From NCBI GenBank assembly GCA_030390025.1, contig CM059433.1:25732001-25796000 (forward strand): a stretch of DNA of 64,000 nt, read 5' to 3'. The position numbers and the translations under genes were made by a program. The DNA is from Squalus acanthias (taxonomy: Eukaryota). The number at the start of each line of letters is the position of its first letter. Position 1 is the stretch's first letter. Positions 25,901-37,821 of this stretch are shown piece after piece. The notes below the pieces were generated by a model. It had not been told where the DNA came from. It was given only the letters and a program-made list of their open reading frames with translations, and did not search any database.

Positions 25901-28900
25901 TAATCACCGCCGTTATCGACTCGGACTTAGTTATCATCTGCCACAGCCCACAAACGGCAGCCAGGGATTCAAGGTTGAATACTGTGGCGCTTTCTCACTG
26001 ACAGGTTCTGCTCATTGCAAATGGTAACTGCTTTTTCAGTGTGTCCAGCAGCTCTCCCATTGTACTCATGGCACATTCTGTGTCCTCAACCAGTGATCTC
26101 CACATGTCACTGATGTACTTGTCCAAAGGGACAGGGTAGTTGAGGAGACAGGCACAACAGTTGCTGTGGTTGTGTGAGCCAGAATGGCGATACTACACAG
26201 AGCTGAAAGTTTCACCTGCTCATAAGGAATTGACTGCAATTGAAGCCTCAGCACGTCAATGATCTCCGAGGCCTGGTCCCCAAGTTCACTGCCTCGTCTA
26301 TTAATAGTGGTTTGCATGAGAGCAGCGGCTGCATTGGAATAGCTGGGGTGTTGGTCGGACAGTCCTTTGAAGACCATGAAGTGTAAGTTGCCCAGTTGGT
26401 CACAGGGCAATCATTTGGAAATGACCTCTGTGATTTGAGAGCATGATTGAAAGAGGACTGAAGTGTCAGGGTTAACTAACTGTTCTCTGACTCTTTTCAG
26501 TACCTCTCACTGCTCCGTTTGCTGAACCAGATTGGTGCCTTCACACGACAAATGAATGGCCAGGATTATGTACAAAGTGTCCAGGGACATCTGTCAAACG
26601 GGAAGCGATGGGTCTGCACAACGCGGCATCAGTCATCCAATCAGAGTCCCCGTGTTAATTTCAGGCGCTACATTACTAAGATTGAGCTTCCTCCAGTAAA
26701 GTTTCAGAAGCTCTAAGGTCGTTTCCATGGCTCTCTCTCGTTCATAGTCTTTTGTTGAAATGATCCAGGCTTCTACACGATTGAAAATGGCCTCAAGTCC
26801 TTGAGGGGACAGGTCCTGAAATAATATTTGCTTCAGAAGATTTTGCAGCAAATCTGTGATTTGGGTATAAGGTGTAGCCCATTCCTTTGTATTATCATTT
26901 GTGTCCAGGTCATCGTTCAGTTCTAGAGGTACCAAGCCGAAAGTACTGGTCAGGCAGCTTTGAATCAATTGGCAGGTGTCAGCTTGGTTTGTTTCAGTGT
27001 ATAGTTGCACGAGATGCGTGCAGGCGTTCATGGCTAACTGTCGAACAGGGCTCGGCCTCGATAAGATCCTGCATGTACGTAAGCAGCACCCTGTTTGTGA
27101 TAAATTGATGGGAATTTTCCGGAGATTTAAATATAGGGATCTGGCTATCTGAGTCAAGGTCTGTTTTAGGCTGAGCTTTAGTGTGAGATCCCTGGATTCA
27201 GCCTTTATCCCCTGCCTACTTGTAATTAAATGACTAACAGCTGCCAGAATGTGGCTCTCGATGTTGAACAGCAGTTCCTCAGGTGCACAGACTGCTATGT
27301 TCCCTTCACACAGAACCAGTGTGCTCTTGACTTTATCCAATTCCTCCTTGAGCCGAAATCTGTTGGAGTTAGCAAACTCTTCCAGCCTACTGAGCGTATC
27401 ATCAAAATGTGCCTTGGCACAGATACCAATGATGAAGGCTGCTCCCTATCTCTCCGCACTCTCACTGTGCTGCACACTCAGTAGCATTTGGTGAAGCTCC
27501 TCCCTTACGTTTTTAGTGTGGGTCTGGCAGAGCACTGACGCAAGAGATTAATACAGAAAGCCCTTCTCTTGTGGGGAATGATGGTTAGTGTTGATCTGTT
27601 TTGATATTTCATTCGCAAGCTGACATGTCCATTCCTCGTCATCAATCGTATTTAAAGCTAGGCACAATACAGCCAATAATTTATTCTCCCATTTTGATTG
27701 GGTCAGAGACTCCTCTGAATTTTCCAGTAAATGGTCAACTAATGGTGCAAGCTCCTCTTTCCACCACCTCACTGATTCTGGGAGGATATTGAGACTCAGG
27801 ACTTTAAGCACACTCAGTGCTGCAGCTCCTCGGCCTCCTCCGTGATAAAGGCAACAAGTCACAATGAGGAACCGGGTCAGCAGTGCCTGGGGTTTAGGGA
27901 GATTGGCATCTTCATTGTAAGTAAGGGAAAAACCTTCACTACCGGCTCGCAGTTTCATTTTCCCAATATGTGCTGAACAACTGCAGATTATTGTTAAAGC
28001 CTTGATGTACTGGGTCATAGTGACAAGCTCCAGTAAGGATGGCCAAAGGACATCCTTCATCTTCACTGCATTTGTGATCAAACACATCACTCTTTCACAC
28101 AGTATGACTAATTCTTCATCTGTTACTGGGTGTGGCTGATGATTGGGTGGTATCAGGGTCCCTGAACCAACTGGTACAGCACACTGTTGGATGAGGAATT
28201 ACACCTTTGCCAATCCTCCCTCTGGCTCAAGGTAACCTTGCTGGGCCATGACACATATTACCTGGGCAATTAGCTTCTTCTCCTGATTGCTGTTCTTGTC
28301 TAGAAGTACTGGTTTTATTGCAGCCACAACCTGAGCCTTCTTCCTATCCAAGTGTGATGAAGTGATGAAGTGCTTTCGTACAGTGAGTGTTCCTACTCTC
28401 ATTTGTTGGTCAGCGTTCTCTAACTGAGATAAGAAAAATTCCACCATTTTGTCTGCATAAGCTGGGGCCAGAACTCTGAAACAGCGAAGGATCTCAGTCT
28501 GGTTCTTCACAGCAAGATGATCAGTAGACTCCAGCGAAACACAAATCTGCTGGTGGAGCTTGTTAAGCAGGAAGTCCATTTGTGTTTTTAGCCCGAGACA
28601 CTTTAACTATGTCACAACATCCATCTCTTGCAGAAATGCAGTTTGTACCACTTTGCTGTATTTTGTCCACCCCTGGGTTTCTGTGTTGTCATGGTTTTCA
28701 TTGTGAGGCAGCGTTAAATAACTTCTCAGTTGTGATGAGGTCATGGGTCATGTGCCCATATAAGTCCTGCCAGATGTTTGTGTCAGTTTACGGTGGGTGG
28801 TGGGGGTTAAGGCCCAGACCTGAGATTCAGACCATACGGACAAGGCAACATTCGTAACCCTTGGCAGCCATATTGGATTGAGCAGCTGTTTGTTCCTAAT

Positions 28901-29127
28901 AAAGAACCCACCGCAAGATGGACACTCAGAGTACTTGTGACAAAAGATGTAGAAATGGGAGTGTAGGACAGACCTTTCCAGCAGAATTGCCCCAAATTGG
29001 GAGGTTCATTGTCAGGGATTGAAGCTGCTTAATGATGTCATCAGGAAGTTGCTGTGACATCAGAGCGGTCCGGTGTGACATCAGAGCGGTCCATTGTGAC
29101 ATTTGTTCCACTCGTCTCTCCTTTAAA
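22928..29127 (-). pseudogene. MROH1: MROH1-like processed pseudogene, copy 3 (split by the LINE at 23960-25600)
   Basis: ORF fragments identical or nearly identical to copy 2 at an offset of 10267 bp. Confidence 0.85.
23960..25600 (+). mobile_element. Truncated CR1/L2-group LINE in copy 3
   Basis: ORFs at 23961, 24460 and 25089 are identical to those in copy 2. Confidence 0.9.
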
Positions 29128-29712
29128 ACCCTTGTTGTCTATTGCCTACCACCCCAGATTTCTCACCCACAAATCCTCCCTGTTTTCCTCCTTCAGCCTC
29201 TGCACTCAGTGACTCCTCATCCTCGGATATTTCAATCTCCATCTCAACTCCCCTTATCCTTTCTCTTCCGATTTTACTGCCCTCCTGTTTTCCCTTAAAC
29301 ACTCCTACCCATCACGTCCACCCCTCTACTTTGCCATCTCTCCTGGCCTCACCACTTGCATGGTCTCAATCACTGACAAGGCCATGTCTGACCATTGATT
29401 TTATCACCCGTAACCCCCCCATCACCTTCCAACCTGATTTTCATCTGCGTACACACCTGCAAAAAACCCTCTACAGGAAGATACGTACATTAGGAACAGA
29501 AGGAGGCCATTCAGCCCCTTGGGTGTGCTCCACCATTCAATTAGATCATTGCTTATCTGTACCTCAACTCCATTTACCCAACTTTACTCGATATGCCTTC
29601 ATAACCTTACCTAAGAAAAATCTATCAATCTGATTTCACTGATCAATGATTCATGTCACACCATTATGTAGCACCTATTCAGATAGAGCTCTATACCTCT
29701 CCACTCGCTCAG

Positions 29713-31272
29713 CAACAACAACTACTAATATTAACATAGCGTCTTTAAAGTAGTAAAATGTCCCAAAGTGCTTCACAGGAGTTTTATTACACAATATTTG
29801 ACACCGAGGCACATAGGGTGAAATTAAGGTGAAATTAGGGCAGATGACCAAAAGCTTGGTCAAAGAGGTAGGTTTTAAAGAGCGTCTCAATGGAAGAAAG
29901 AGATGTAGAGAGGTGGAGAGGTTTAGGCAGGGAATTCCAGAGCTTGGGGCCTTGGCAGCTGAAGGCATAGCCACCAGTGGTTGAGCTATTAAATTTAGGA
30001 ATGCTCTAGAATCCAGATTTAGGGGAGTGCAGATATCTCGGGGTGGAGCGGGGGGGGGGCGGGGGCGGGGTGATTGTGGGGCTGGAGGAGATTACAGAGA
30101 TAGGGAGGGGTGCGGCCATCGAGGGATTTGAAAACAAGGAGAATTTTAAAATCAAGGCATTGATTAACCGGGAGCCAATGTAGTTCAGCGAGCACAGGGG
30201 TGATAGGTGAACGGGACTTGGTGCGAGTTAGGACACAGGCAGCCGAGTTTTGGATTACCTCAAGTTTACATAGGGTAGAACGTTGGAGGCTAGCCATGAG
30301 TGCATTGGAATAGTCAATTCTAGAGGTAACAAAAAAATGGAGGAGGATTTCAGCAACAGATGAGCTGAGACAGGGGTGAATTTGGGCGATGTTTCGAAGG
30401 TGGAAATAGGCGGTCTTAGTTATAGCGTGGATATGTGGCCGAAAGCTAATTTCTGGGTCCAATATGGCACCAAGGTTGCGAAGAGTCTGGATCAGACTCA
30501 GACAGATGCTATGGAGAAGGATGGAGTCAATAACTAAGGAACAGAGTTTGCTGGGGGATCTGATGACAATGGCTTTGGTCTTCCCAATATTTAGTTGGAG
30601 GAAATTTCTGCTCATCCAGTACTCGATGCAGTCTGACAATTTAGAGACCGTGGAGGGATCGAGAGAAGTGGTGGTGAGGTAGAGCTGGGTGTCGTCAGCT
30701 TACATGTGTAAACTGAAGCTGTATTTTCAGATGATGTCGCCGAGGGGCAACATGTCGATGAGAAATAGGAGGGGCCCCAGGATAGATCCCTGGGCGACAC
30801 CAGATGTAATGATGCGGGAGCGGGAAGAGAAGCCGTTGCATGTGATTCTCTGGCTACGATTAGATAGATAAGAATGGAACCAGGCGAGTGCAGTCCCACC
30901 CAGCTGGACGACAGTGGAGAGGCGTTGGAGGAGGATGGAGTGGTCAATCATGTCAAAGGCTGCATACAAGTCAAGGAGGATGAGGAGGGATAGTTTACCT
31001 TTGTCATAGTCACATACGATGTCATTTACGATTTTGATAAGAGCCGTTTCAATACTGTGGAAGGGGCGGAAACCTGATCCAAACATGGAGTTCCGATAAA
31101 GATGGGCATGGATTGGGGATGCGACAACACGTTCAAGGAATTTGGAGAGGAAAAGGAGGTTGAGATGGGATGGTACTAGGCAAGGACAGAGGGGTCAAGG
31201 GTTGGTTTTTGAGGAAATGGATAATGACAGCAGATTTGAAAGAGAGAGAACCATTAACAATATTAGCTAACA
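29713..31272 (-). mobile_element. L2-type LINE fragment (unit copy)
   Basis: ORFs 30019..30639 and 30727..31086. Confidence 0.9.
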
Positions 31273-31287
31273 TGGGAGCCAGAAGAG

Positions 31288-31615
31288 GGTGTTTGTGTGT
31301 GTGTGTGTGTGTGTTAGGGTGAGGGTATGTGTACGTGTGTGTGTGTGCGCGTGAGGGTGTGTGTGTGTGAGAGGCTGAGGGTGTGTGAGGTTGTGTGTGT
31401 GTGTGAGAGGGTGTGTGTGTGTCTGTGTGCGAGGGTGAGGTTGTGTGTGTGTGTGTGTGTGAGAGGGTGACGGGCTGTGAGGATGTGTGTGTGCGTGTGA
31501 GTCTGTGTGTGTGTCTGTGTGTGAGGGTGAGGTTGTGTGTGTGTGTGTGTAAGAGGCTGAGGGGGTGTGAGGTTGTATGTGTGTGTGTGTACGTGTGAGG
31601 GTGTGTGTGTGAGTA
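31288..31615. repeat. (GT)n-rich compound microsatellite
   Basis: Direct reading; near-identical to 21022-21350. Confidence 0.9.
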
Positions 31616-34324
31616 CTTTTACCCACCGCCAGTCACACAGCAGCGGTACCTGCACTGTTTGAAGATCGACCGATAGTTGCAACAACAGGAAATCTATTTA
31701 TTTACAATTCATAAATTTACAAATTTACAAGTCATGTTGAAAAATTGATCAGTTTGATGCTAAGAAGAGGAGGTGGAGAACGATCGGGGCCTGTGTATTT
31801 AGGCTTCATTCTGATGGCAACAGCAGCAGTTCCTTAGGCAGCTGATCCACCAGGTGAGCCTCTGGGCAGGTCAGACACGTTCTGACTGTTGGAGAAGTAA
31901 AGTTGAAAAGGCCGCTGCAGGTGCTCGGAGCTGCTCCTGGTGGTTGTGGAAGAAGGACTCGCAATCCATGGTGTAGGAAGTGATCCTGTTGGGGAAATCT
32001 TGAACCAACTGTCATGAAAGGTCCTTTAGGAGGTCCATGTAGTTCCCGTTGGGCTCCCCTAGATGGTTCTTGATTAATGAGGAAGCCTAGGCCGATCCAA
32101 TGAGGGGGACAACCAGTTGCAGTGTTGAGCTACAAGACGTGGTGACCTCCTCACTCGTTCCGTCCAGGTGCAACAACAAACGCACAAGGTTGGAATGGAT
32201 CTGTCAGTAGAAGGAGGATCTGGAACCTCCGATTCCACATTTGGTCAAGTTCCCCAACATGCTGAACGGTTCAGCCCGCACTTGATCACACTTGCCGTTG
32301 AAGAGTGGTTGAATGCTGGTGAGGATTTTCTTCACAAAGGGTTGGATGGCACTTGCTCTCTATTTAATGATGTTCTTCGACAGGCACGACAGCACCTCAA
32401 ATGTTAGCACTTCCTCTTGGTTCTCCTTGGTCCCCAACTGACTAAGCATTGTGCTCATCACTTGAGGAGACCAGTAATGGGCTCCAATTGAAATGTTGCC
32501 ACGGTCCCTGACACACAGCAACTGGGCAACTGGACAAGCATCACGCAAACAACTTAGCAATGTGTTCACCAGAGTCTCTGTGAGCTGCAACTGTGAAACC
32601 AGTGGTGATTTTAACAGCTCTCCAAAGAAGGAAGCCACGATGACGGCCTGACAGTTTTGGATGGTATGGATCTGAGCTGCCAGCTCTTCCACAATGCCAG
32701 GCAGGCTGATGCCAGCATATTGAACATTAGTGAACCAGATGGGTGACCACCGCACAGTCATTGTGGAGACGAAGTCCCGTATTCACACTGAGGACACATT
32801 CCATCGTGCTGTGTGGCACTACCACAGTGCTAAATGGGATAGATTCAGAACAGATCTAGCCGCTGAAAACTGGGCATCCGTGAGGCGCTGTGGGCCATCA
32901 GCAGCAGTAGAATTGTATTCCATCACAATATGTAACCTCATGGCCCGGCATATCCCTCACTCTACCATTACCATGAAGCCAGGAGACCAACTCTGGTTCA
33001 ATAGGGAGTGTAGAAGAGCATGCCAGGAGCACCACCAGGCATACCTAAAAATGAGGTGCCAACCTGGAGAAGCTGCAACACAGGGCTACATGCATGCTAA
33101 AAAGCGGAAGTAGCATGCTGTAGACAACGATCCCACAATCAACGGATCAGATCAAAGCTCTGCAGTCGTGCCACATCCAGTCGTGAATGGTGGTGGACCA
33201 TTAAAAACTAACGGGAGGAGGAGGCTCCATGAATATCCCCATCCTCATTGATGGTGGCGCCCAGCACGTGAGTGTAAAAGACAAGGCTGAAGCGTTTGCA
33301 ACCATCTTCAGCCAAAAGTACCGAGTGGATGATCCATATCAGCCTACTCCTGAAGTCCCCACCATCACAGAAGCCAGTCTTCAGCCAATTCGATTCACTC
33401 CACGTGATATCAAGAAACGGCTGAGCGCACTGGATACAGGAAAGGCTATGGGCCCCGACAACATTCCAGATATCGTGCTAAAGACTTGTGCTCCAGATCA
33501 AGCCGCGCCTCGAGCCAAGCTGTTCCAGTACAGCTACAATACTAGCATCCAGCCGACAATGTGGAAAACTGCCCAGGTATGTCCTGTCCACAAAAAGATG
33601 GACAAATCCAATCCAGCCAATTATCGCCCCATCAGTCTACACTCAATCATCAGCAAATAGATGGAAGGTGTCATCGACAGTGCTATCAAGCGGCAATTAC
33701 TCACCAATAACCTGCTCACTGATGCCCAGTTTGGGTTCCGCAAGACCACTCGGCTCCCGACCTCATTACAGTATTGGTCCAAACATGGACACAGGAGCTG
33801 AATTCCAGAGGTGAGGTGAGAGTGACTACCCTTGCCATCAAGGCAGCATTTGACTGAGTGTGGCATCAAGGAGCCCTAGTAAAACTGAAGTCAATGGGAA
33901 TCGGGGGGAAAACTCTCCACTGGCTGAAGTCTTACCTAGCACAAAGGAAGGTGGTTGTGGTGATTGAAGGTCAATCATCACAGCCCCAGGACATCACTGT
34001 AGGAGTTCCTCAGAGCAGTGTCCTAGGCTCAACCATCTCCAGCTGCTTCATCAATGACCGTCCCTGCAACATAAGGTCAGAAATGGGGATGTTTGCTGAT
34101 GACTGCACAATGATCAGTGCCATTCACAACTCCTCAGATAATGAAGCAGTCCATGCCCGCATGCAACAAGACCTGGACGACACACCATCCTGACTTGGAA
34201 GTATATCGCCGATCCTTCCCAACAGCACGATAGCAAAATACTGCGGATGCTGGAAATCTGAAATAACAACAGAAAACGCTGGAAAAACTCAGCAGGCCAG
34301 GCAGCATCCGTGGAGAGAGAAAGA

Positions 34325-34364
34325 GAGTTAACGTTTCAGGTCGATGACCTTTCATCAGAACTGT
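34325..34364 (-). ncRNA. Minimal type I hammerhead ribozyme of the Penelope terminal repeat
   Basis: Minus strand reads CAGUU-CUGAUGA-A-AGGUC(AUC)GACCU-GAAA-CGUU-AACU: core boxes, a 5-bp stem II, a palindromic AACGUU in place of stem III, and a short stem I. Confidence 0.75.
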
Positions 34365-34641
34365 GAAGAGCCGGAAATCAAATAGACTTAAGGCCAGAGT
34401 AAAGCTGGGAAAAGGGGGAGGGGATAAAAGAACAAAGGGGGAGATGAAGAGACTTTAAGAGACATTAAGAGATATGCAAGGCTAGAGGTGGTGTAAATGT
34501 GACAGATTAAGGCTGAAAGAAGTGTGAAATCCACTGGCAGAATGAAGGACAGCTGCCAGCTTCTAGGAGGAAAAAAAAGGTGGGGGGGGGGGCAAATAAA
34601 AGGGTGGAAAAAATAAAATATAAATGTGATTGGAGCTGAGG

Positions 34642-36006
34642 TTATGATCTAAAATTGTTGAACTCGATATTGAGTCCAGAGGGCTGTAGCGTGCCTAAAC
34701 GAAAGATGAGGTGCTGTTCCTCGAGCTTACGCTGCGCTTCCGTGGAACAGTGTAATAGGCCGAGGACGGTGAGGTCAGAGTGGGAGTGAAGCGGTGAATT
34801 AAAGTGACAGGCCACCGGGAGCTCGGGGTCCCCCTTACGGACTGAACGGAGGTGTTCCGCAAAGCGGTCACCCAATCTGCGTTTGGTCTCCCCAATGTAG
34901 AGGAGACCACATCGTGAGCAGCGAATACAGTATACTAAATTGCAGGAAGTACAAGTAAATCGCTGTTTCACCTGGAAGGGGTGTTTGGGGCCCTGGACAG
35001 TGGGAAGAGGGGAGGTGTAAGGGCATGTGTAGCATCTCCTGCGCGTGCACGGGAAGGTGCCGGGCGAAGGGGAAGGGGTGCTGGGGGTGGTAGAGGAGTG
35101 GACTAGGGTGTCGCGGAGGGAGCGGTCCCTGCGGAATGCTGAAAGGGGAGGTGAGGGGAAGATGTGTTTGGTGGTGGGATCACGCTGGAGGTGGCGGAAA
35201 TGGCGGAGGATGATCCGTTGAATGTGGAGGCTGGTGGGGTGAAAGGTGAGGACAAGGGGAACCCTATCGTGGTTCCGGGAGGGAGGGGCAGGGGTGAGGG
35301 CAGAAGTGCGGGAGATAGAACGGACACGGTCGAGGGCCGTGTCGACCACGGTAGAGGGGAATCCTCGGTTGAGGAAAAAGGAAGACATGTCGGAAGCACT
35401 GGTATGGAAGGTGGCATTATCAGAGCAGATGCGGCGGAGACGGAGAAACTGGGAGAATGGAATAGAGTCCTTACAGGAGGCGGGGTGGGAGGAAGTGTAG
35501 TCCAGGTAGCTGTGGGAGTCAGTGGGCTTGTAGTGAATGTTAGTCAATAACCTATCCCCAGAGATGGAGATGGAGAAGTCGAGGAAGGGAAGGGAAGAGT
35601 CGGAGATGGACCATGTGAAGGTGAGGGAAGGGTGGAAATTGGAAGCATAGTGAATGAAATGTTCTAGTTCAGGGCGAGAGCAGGAGACGGCACCGATACA
35701 GTCATCAATGTACCGGAAAAAGAGGTGAGGGAGGGGACCCGAGTAGGACTGGAACAAAGAGTGTTCCACATATCCCACGAAAAGGCAGGCATAGCTAGGA
35801 CCCATGCGGGTACCCATAGCAACACCTTTAATTTGGAGGAAATGGGTAGAGTCAAAGGAGAAGTTGTTCAATGTGAGAACAAGTTCAGCCAGGCGGAGGA
35901 GGGTGGTGGTGGATGGGGACTGGTTGGGCCTCTGTTCAAGGAAGAAGCGGAGCGCCCTCAGGCCATCCTGGTGGGGAATGGAGGTGTAGAGGGATTGTAC
36001 GTCCAT
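34642..36006 (-). CDS. Penelope reverse transcriptase and GIY-YIG endonuclease (C-terminal 454 aa; upstream fragment to ~36390)
   Basis: DVQSLYTSIP, GVAMG, FFRYIDD, NLVYCIRCSRCGLLYIGETKR, GLNIE. Confidence 0.9.
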   Translation of the reverse strand: MDVQSLYTSIPHQDGLRALRFFLEQRPNQSPSTTTLLRLAELVLTLNNFSFDSTHFLQIKGVAMGTRMGPSYACLFVGYVEHSLFQSYSGPLPHLFFRYIDDCIGAVSCSRPELEHFIHYASNFHPSLTFTWSISDSSLPFLDFSISISGDRLLTNIHYKPTDSHSYLDYTSSHPASCKDSIPFSQFLRLRRICSDNATFHTSASDMSSFFLNRGFPSTVVDTALDRVRSISRTSALTPAPPSRNHDRVPLVLTFHPTSLHIQRIILRHFRHLQRDPTTKHIFPSPPLSAFRRDRSLRDTLVHSSTTPSTPSPSPGTFPCTRRRCYTCPYTSPLPTVQGPKHPFQVKQRFTCTSCNLVYCIRCSRCGLLYIGETKRRLGDRFAEHLRSVRKGDPELPVACHFNSPLHSHSDLTVLGLLHCSTEAQRKLEEQHLIFRLGTLQPSGLNIEFNNFRS

Positions 36007-37821
36007 AGTGAAGAGGAGACGGTTGGGGCCGGGAAACTGGAAACTGTTAAAATGGCGGAGGGCATCGGAAGAGTCGCGGATGTAGGTGGGAAGAGACTGG
36101 ACAAGGGGAGAAAAAATAGAGTCGAGATAGGAAGAGATAAGTTCCGTGGGGCAAGAACAGGCTGAAACGATGGGTCAACCGGGGCAGTCCTGTTTGTGGA
36201 TCTTGGGAAGGAGGTAGAAGCGGGCTGTGCGCGGTTGGGGAACTATGAGGTTGGCGGCCGTGGGGGGAAGATCTCCAGAGGAGATGAGGTCAGTGACGGT
36301 CTTGGACACGGTGGCTTGATGTTCAGTAGTGGGGTCATGGTCCAGGTGGAGGTAGGAGGAGGTGTCAGAGAGTTGGCGTTCAACTTCCGCTAGCACTGTG
36401 GGAGTACCTTCACCACACGGACTGCAGCGGTTCAAGAAGGCAGCTCACCACCACTTTCTCAAGGGCAATTAGGGATGGACAATAAATACTGGCCTTGCCA
36501 GCGACACCCACATCCCATAAATGAATTAAAAGTTTAAAAATTGCACCATCGCTCTGGCCAGCAATTCAACCCCCTTGTCAAATATGCAGAGGTTCTTTAT
36601 CTGGTCCCATCCTCCACTGTTCACCATGTAAGTAGCTACTTCTTTATTATTTGTCCAAGCTAGCTGGTCCTTTAGTGTCCTCACACGGTTCACACACACA
36701 TCTCTACATTTAGGTGTTTGAAGCTCAGCTGAGAATTGTCTCTTGTTCGATTTATCATCAGGAGTAAAACCATTGAGCAGAGAAACATTAACGCAAGAGT
36801 TGCAATGAATGAGCAGGGCGCTGAATAACTGCAGGATTAATGTAATCACCGCCGTTATCGACTCGGACTTAGTTATCATCTGCCACAGCCCACAAACGGC
36901 AGCCAGGGATTCAAGGTTGAATACTGTGGCGTTTTCTCACTGACAGGTTCTGCTCATTGCAAATGGTAACTGCTTTTTCAGTGTGTCCAGCAGCTCTCCC
37001 ATTCTACTCATGGCACATTCTGTGTCCTCAGCCAGTGATCTCCACATGTCACTGATGTACTTGTCCAAAGGGACAGGGTAGTTGAGGAGACAGGCACAAC
37101 AGTTGCTGTGTTGTGTGAGCCAGAATGGCGATACTACGCAGAACTGAAAATTTCACCTGCTCATAAGGAATTGACTGCAATTGAAGCCTCAGCACTTCAA
37201 TGATCTCCGAGGTCTGGTCCCCAAGTTCACTGCCTCGTCTATTAATGGTGGTTTGCATGAGAACAGCGGCTGCATTGGAATAGCTGGGCTGTTGGTCGGA
37301 CAGTCCTTTGAAGACCATGAAGAGTAAGTTGTCCAGCTGGTCACGGGGCAATCATTTGAAAATGACCTCTGTGATTTGAGAGCATGATTGAAAGAGGACT
37401 GAAGTGTCAGGGTTAACTAACTGTTCTCTGACTCTTTTCAGTCCCTCTAACTGCTCCGTTTGCTGAACCAGATTGGTGCCTTCACACGACAAATGAGTGG
37501 CCAGTATTATGTACAAAGTGTCCAGGGACATCTGTCAAACGGGAAGCGATGGGTCTGCACAACGCGGCATCAGTCATCCAATCAGAGTCCCCGTGTTAAT
37601 TTCAGGCGCTACATTACTAAGATTGAGCTTCCTCCAGTAAAGTTTCAGAAGCTCGAAGGTCGTTTCCATGGCTCTCTCTCGTTCATAGTCTTTCGTTGAA
37701 ATGATCCAGGCTTCTACATGATTGAAAATGGCCTCAAGTCCTTGAGGGGACAGGTCCTGAAATAATATTTGCTTCAGAAGATTTTGCAGCAAATCTGTGA
37801 TTTGGTGATAAAGTGTCGCTT

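Larger units (their letters stand above)
34229..36391 (-). mobile_element. 5'-truncated Penelope-like element
   Basis: RT plus GIY-YIG ORF; flanked by a duplicated AGCAC (34224-34228, 36392-36396); absent from the other units. Confidence 0.92.
32729..36540 (+). mobile_element. Truncated CR1/L2-group LINE in copy 4, with Penelope inserted in its 3' UTR
   Basis: ORFs at 32730, 33229 and 33858; the 3' UTR resumes at 36392. Confidence 0.9.
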
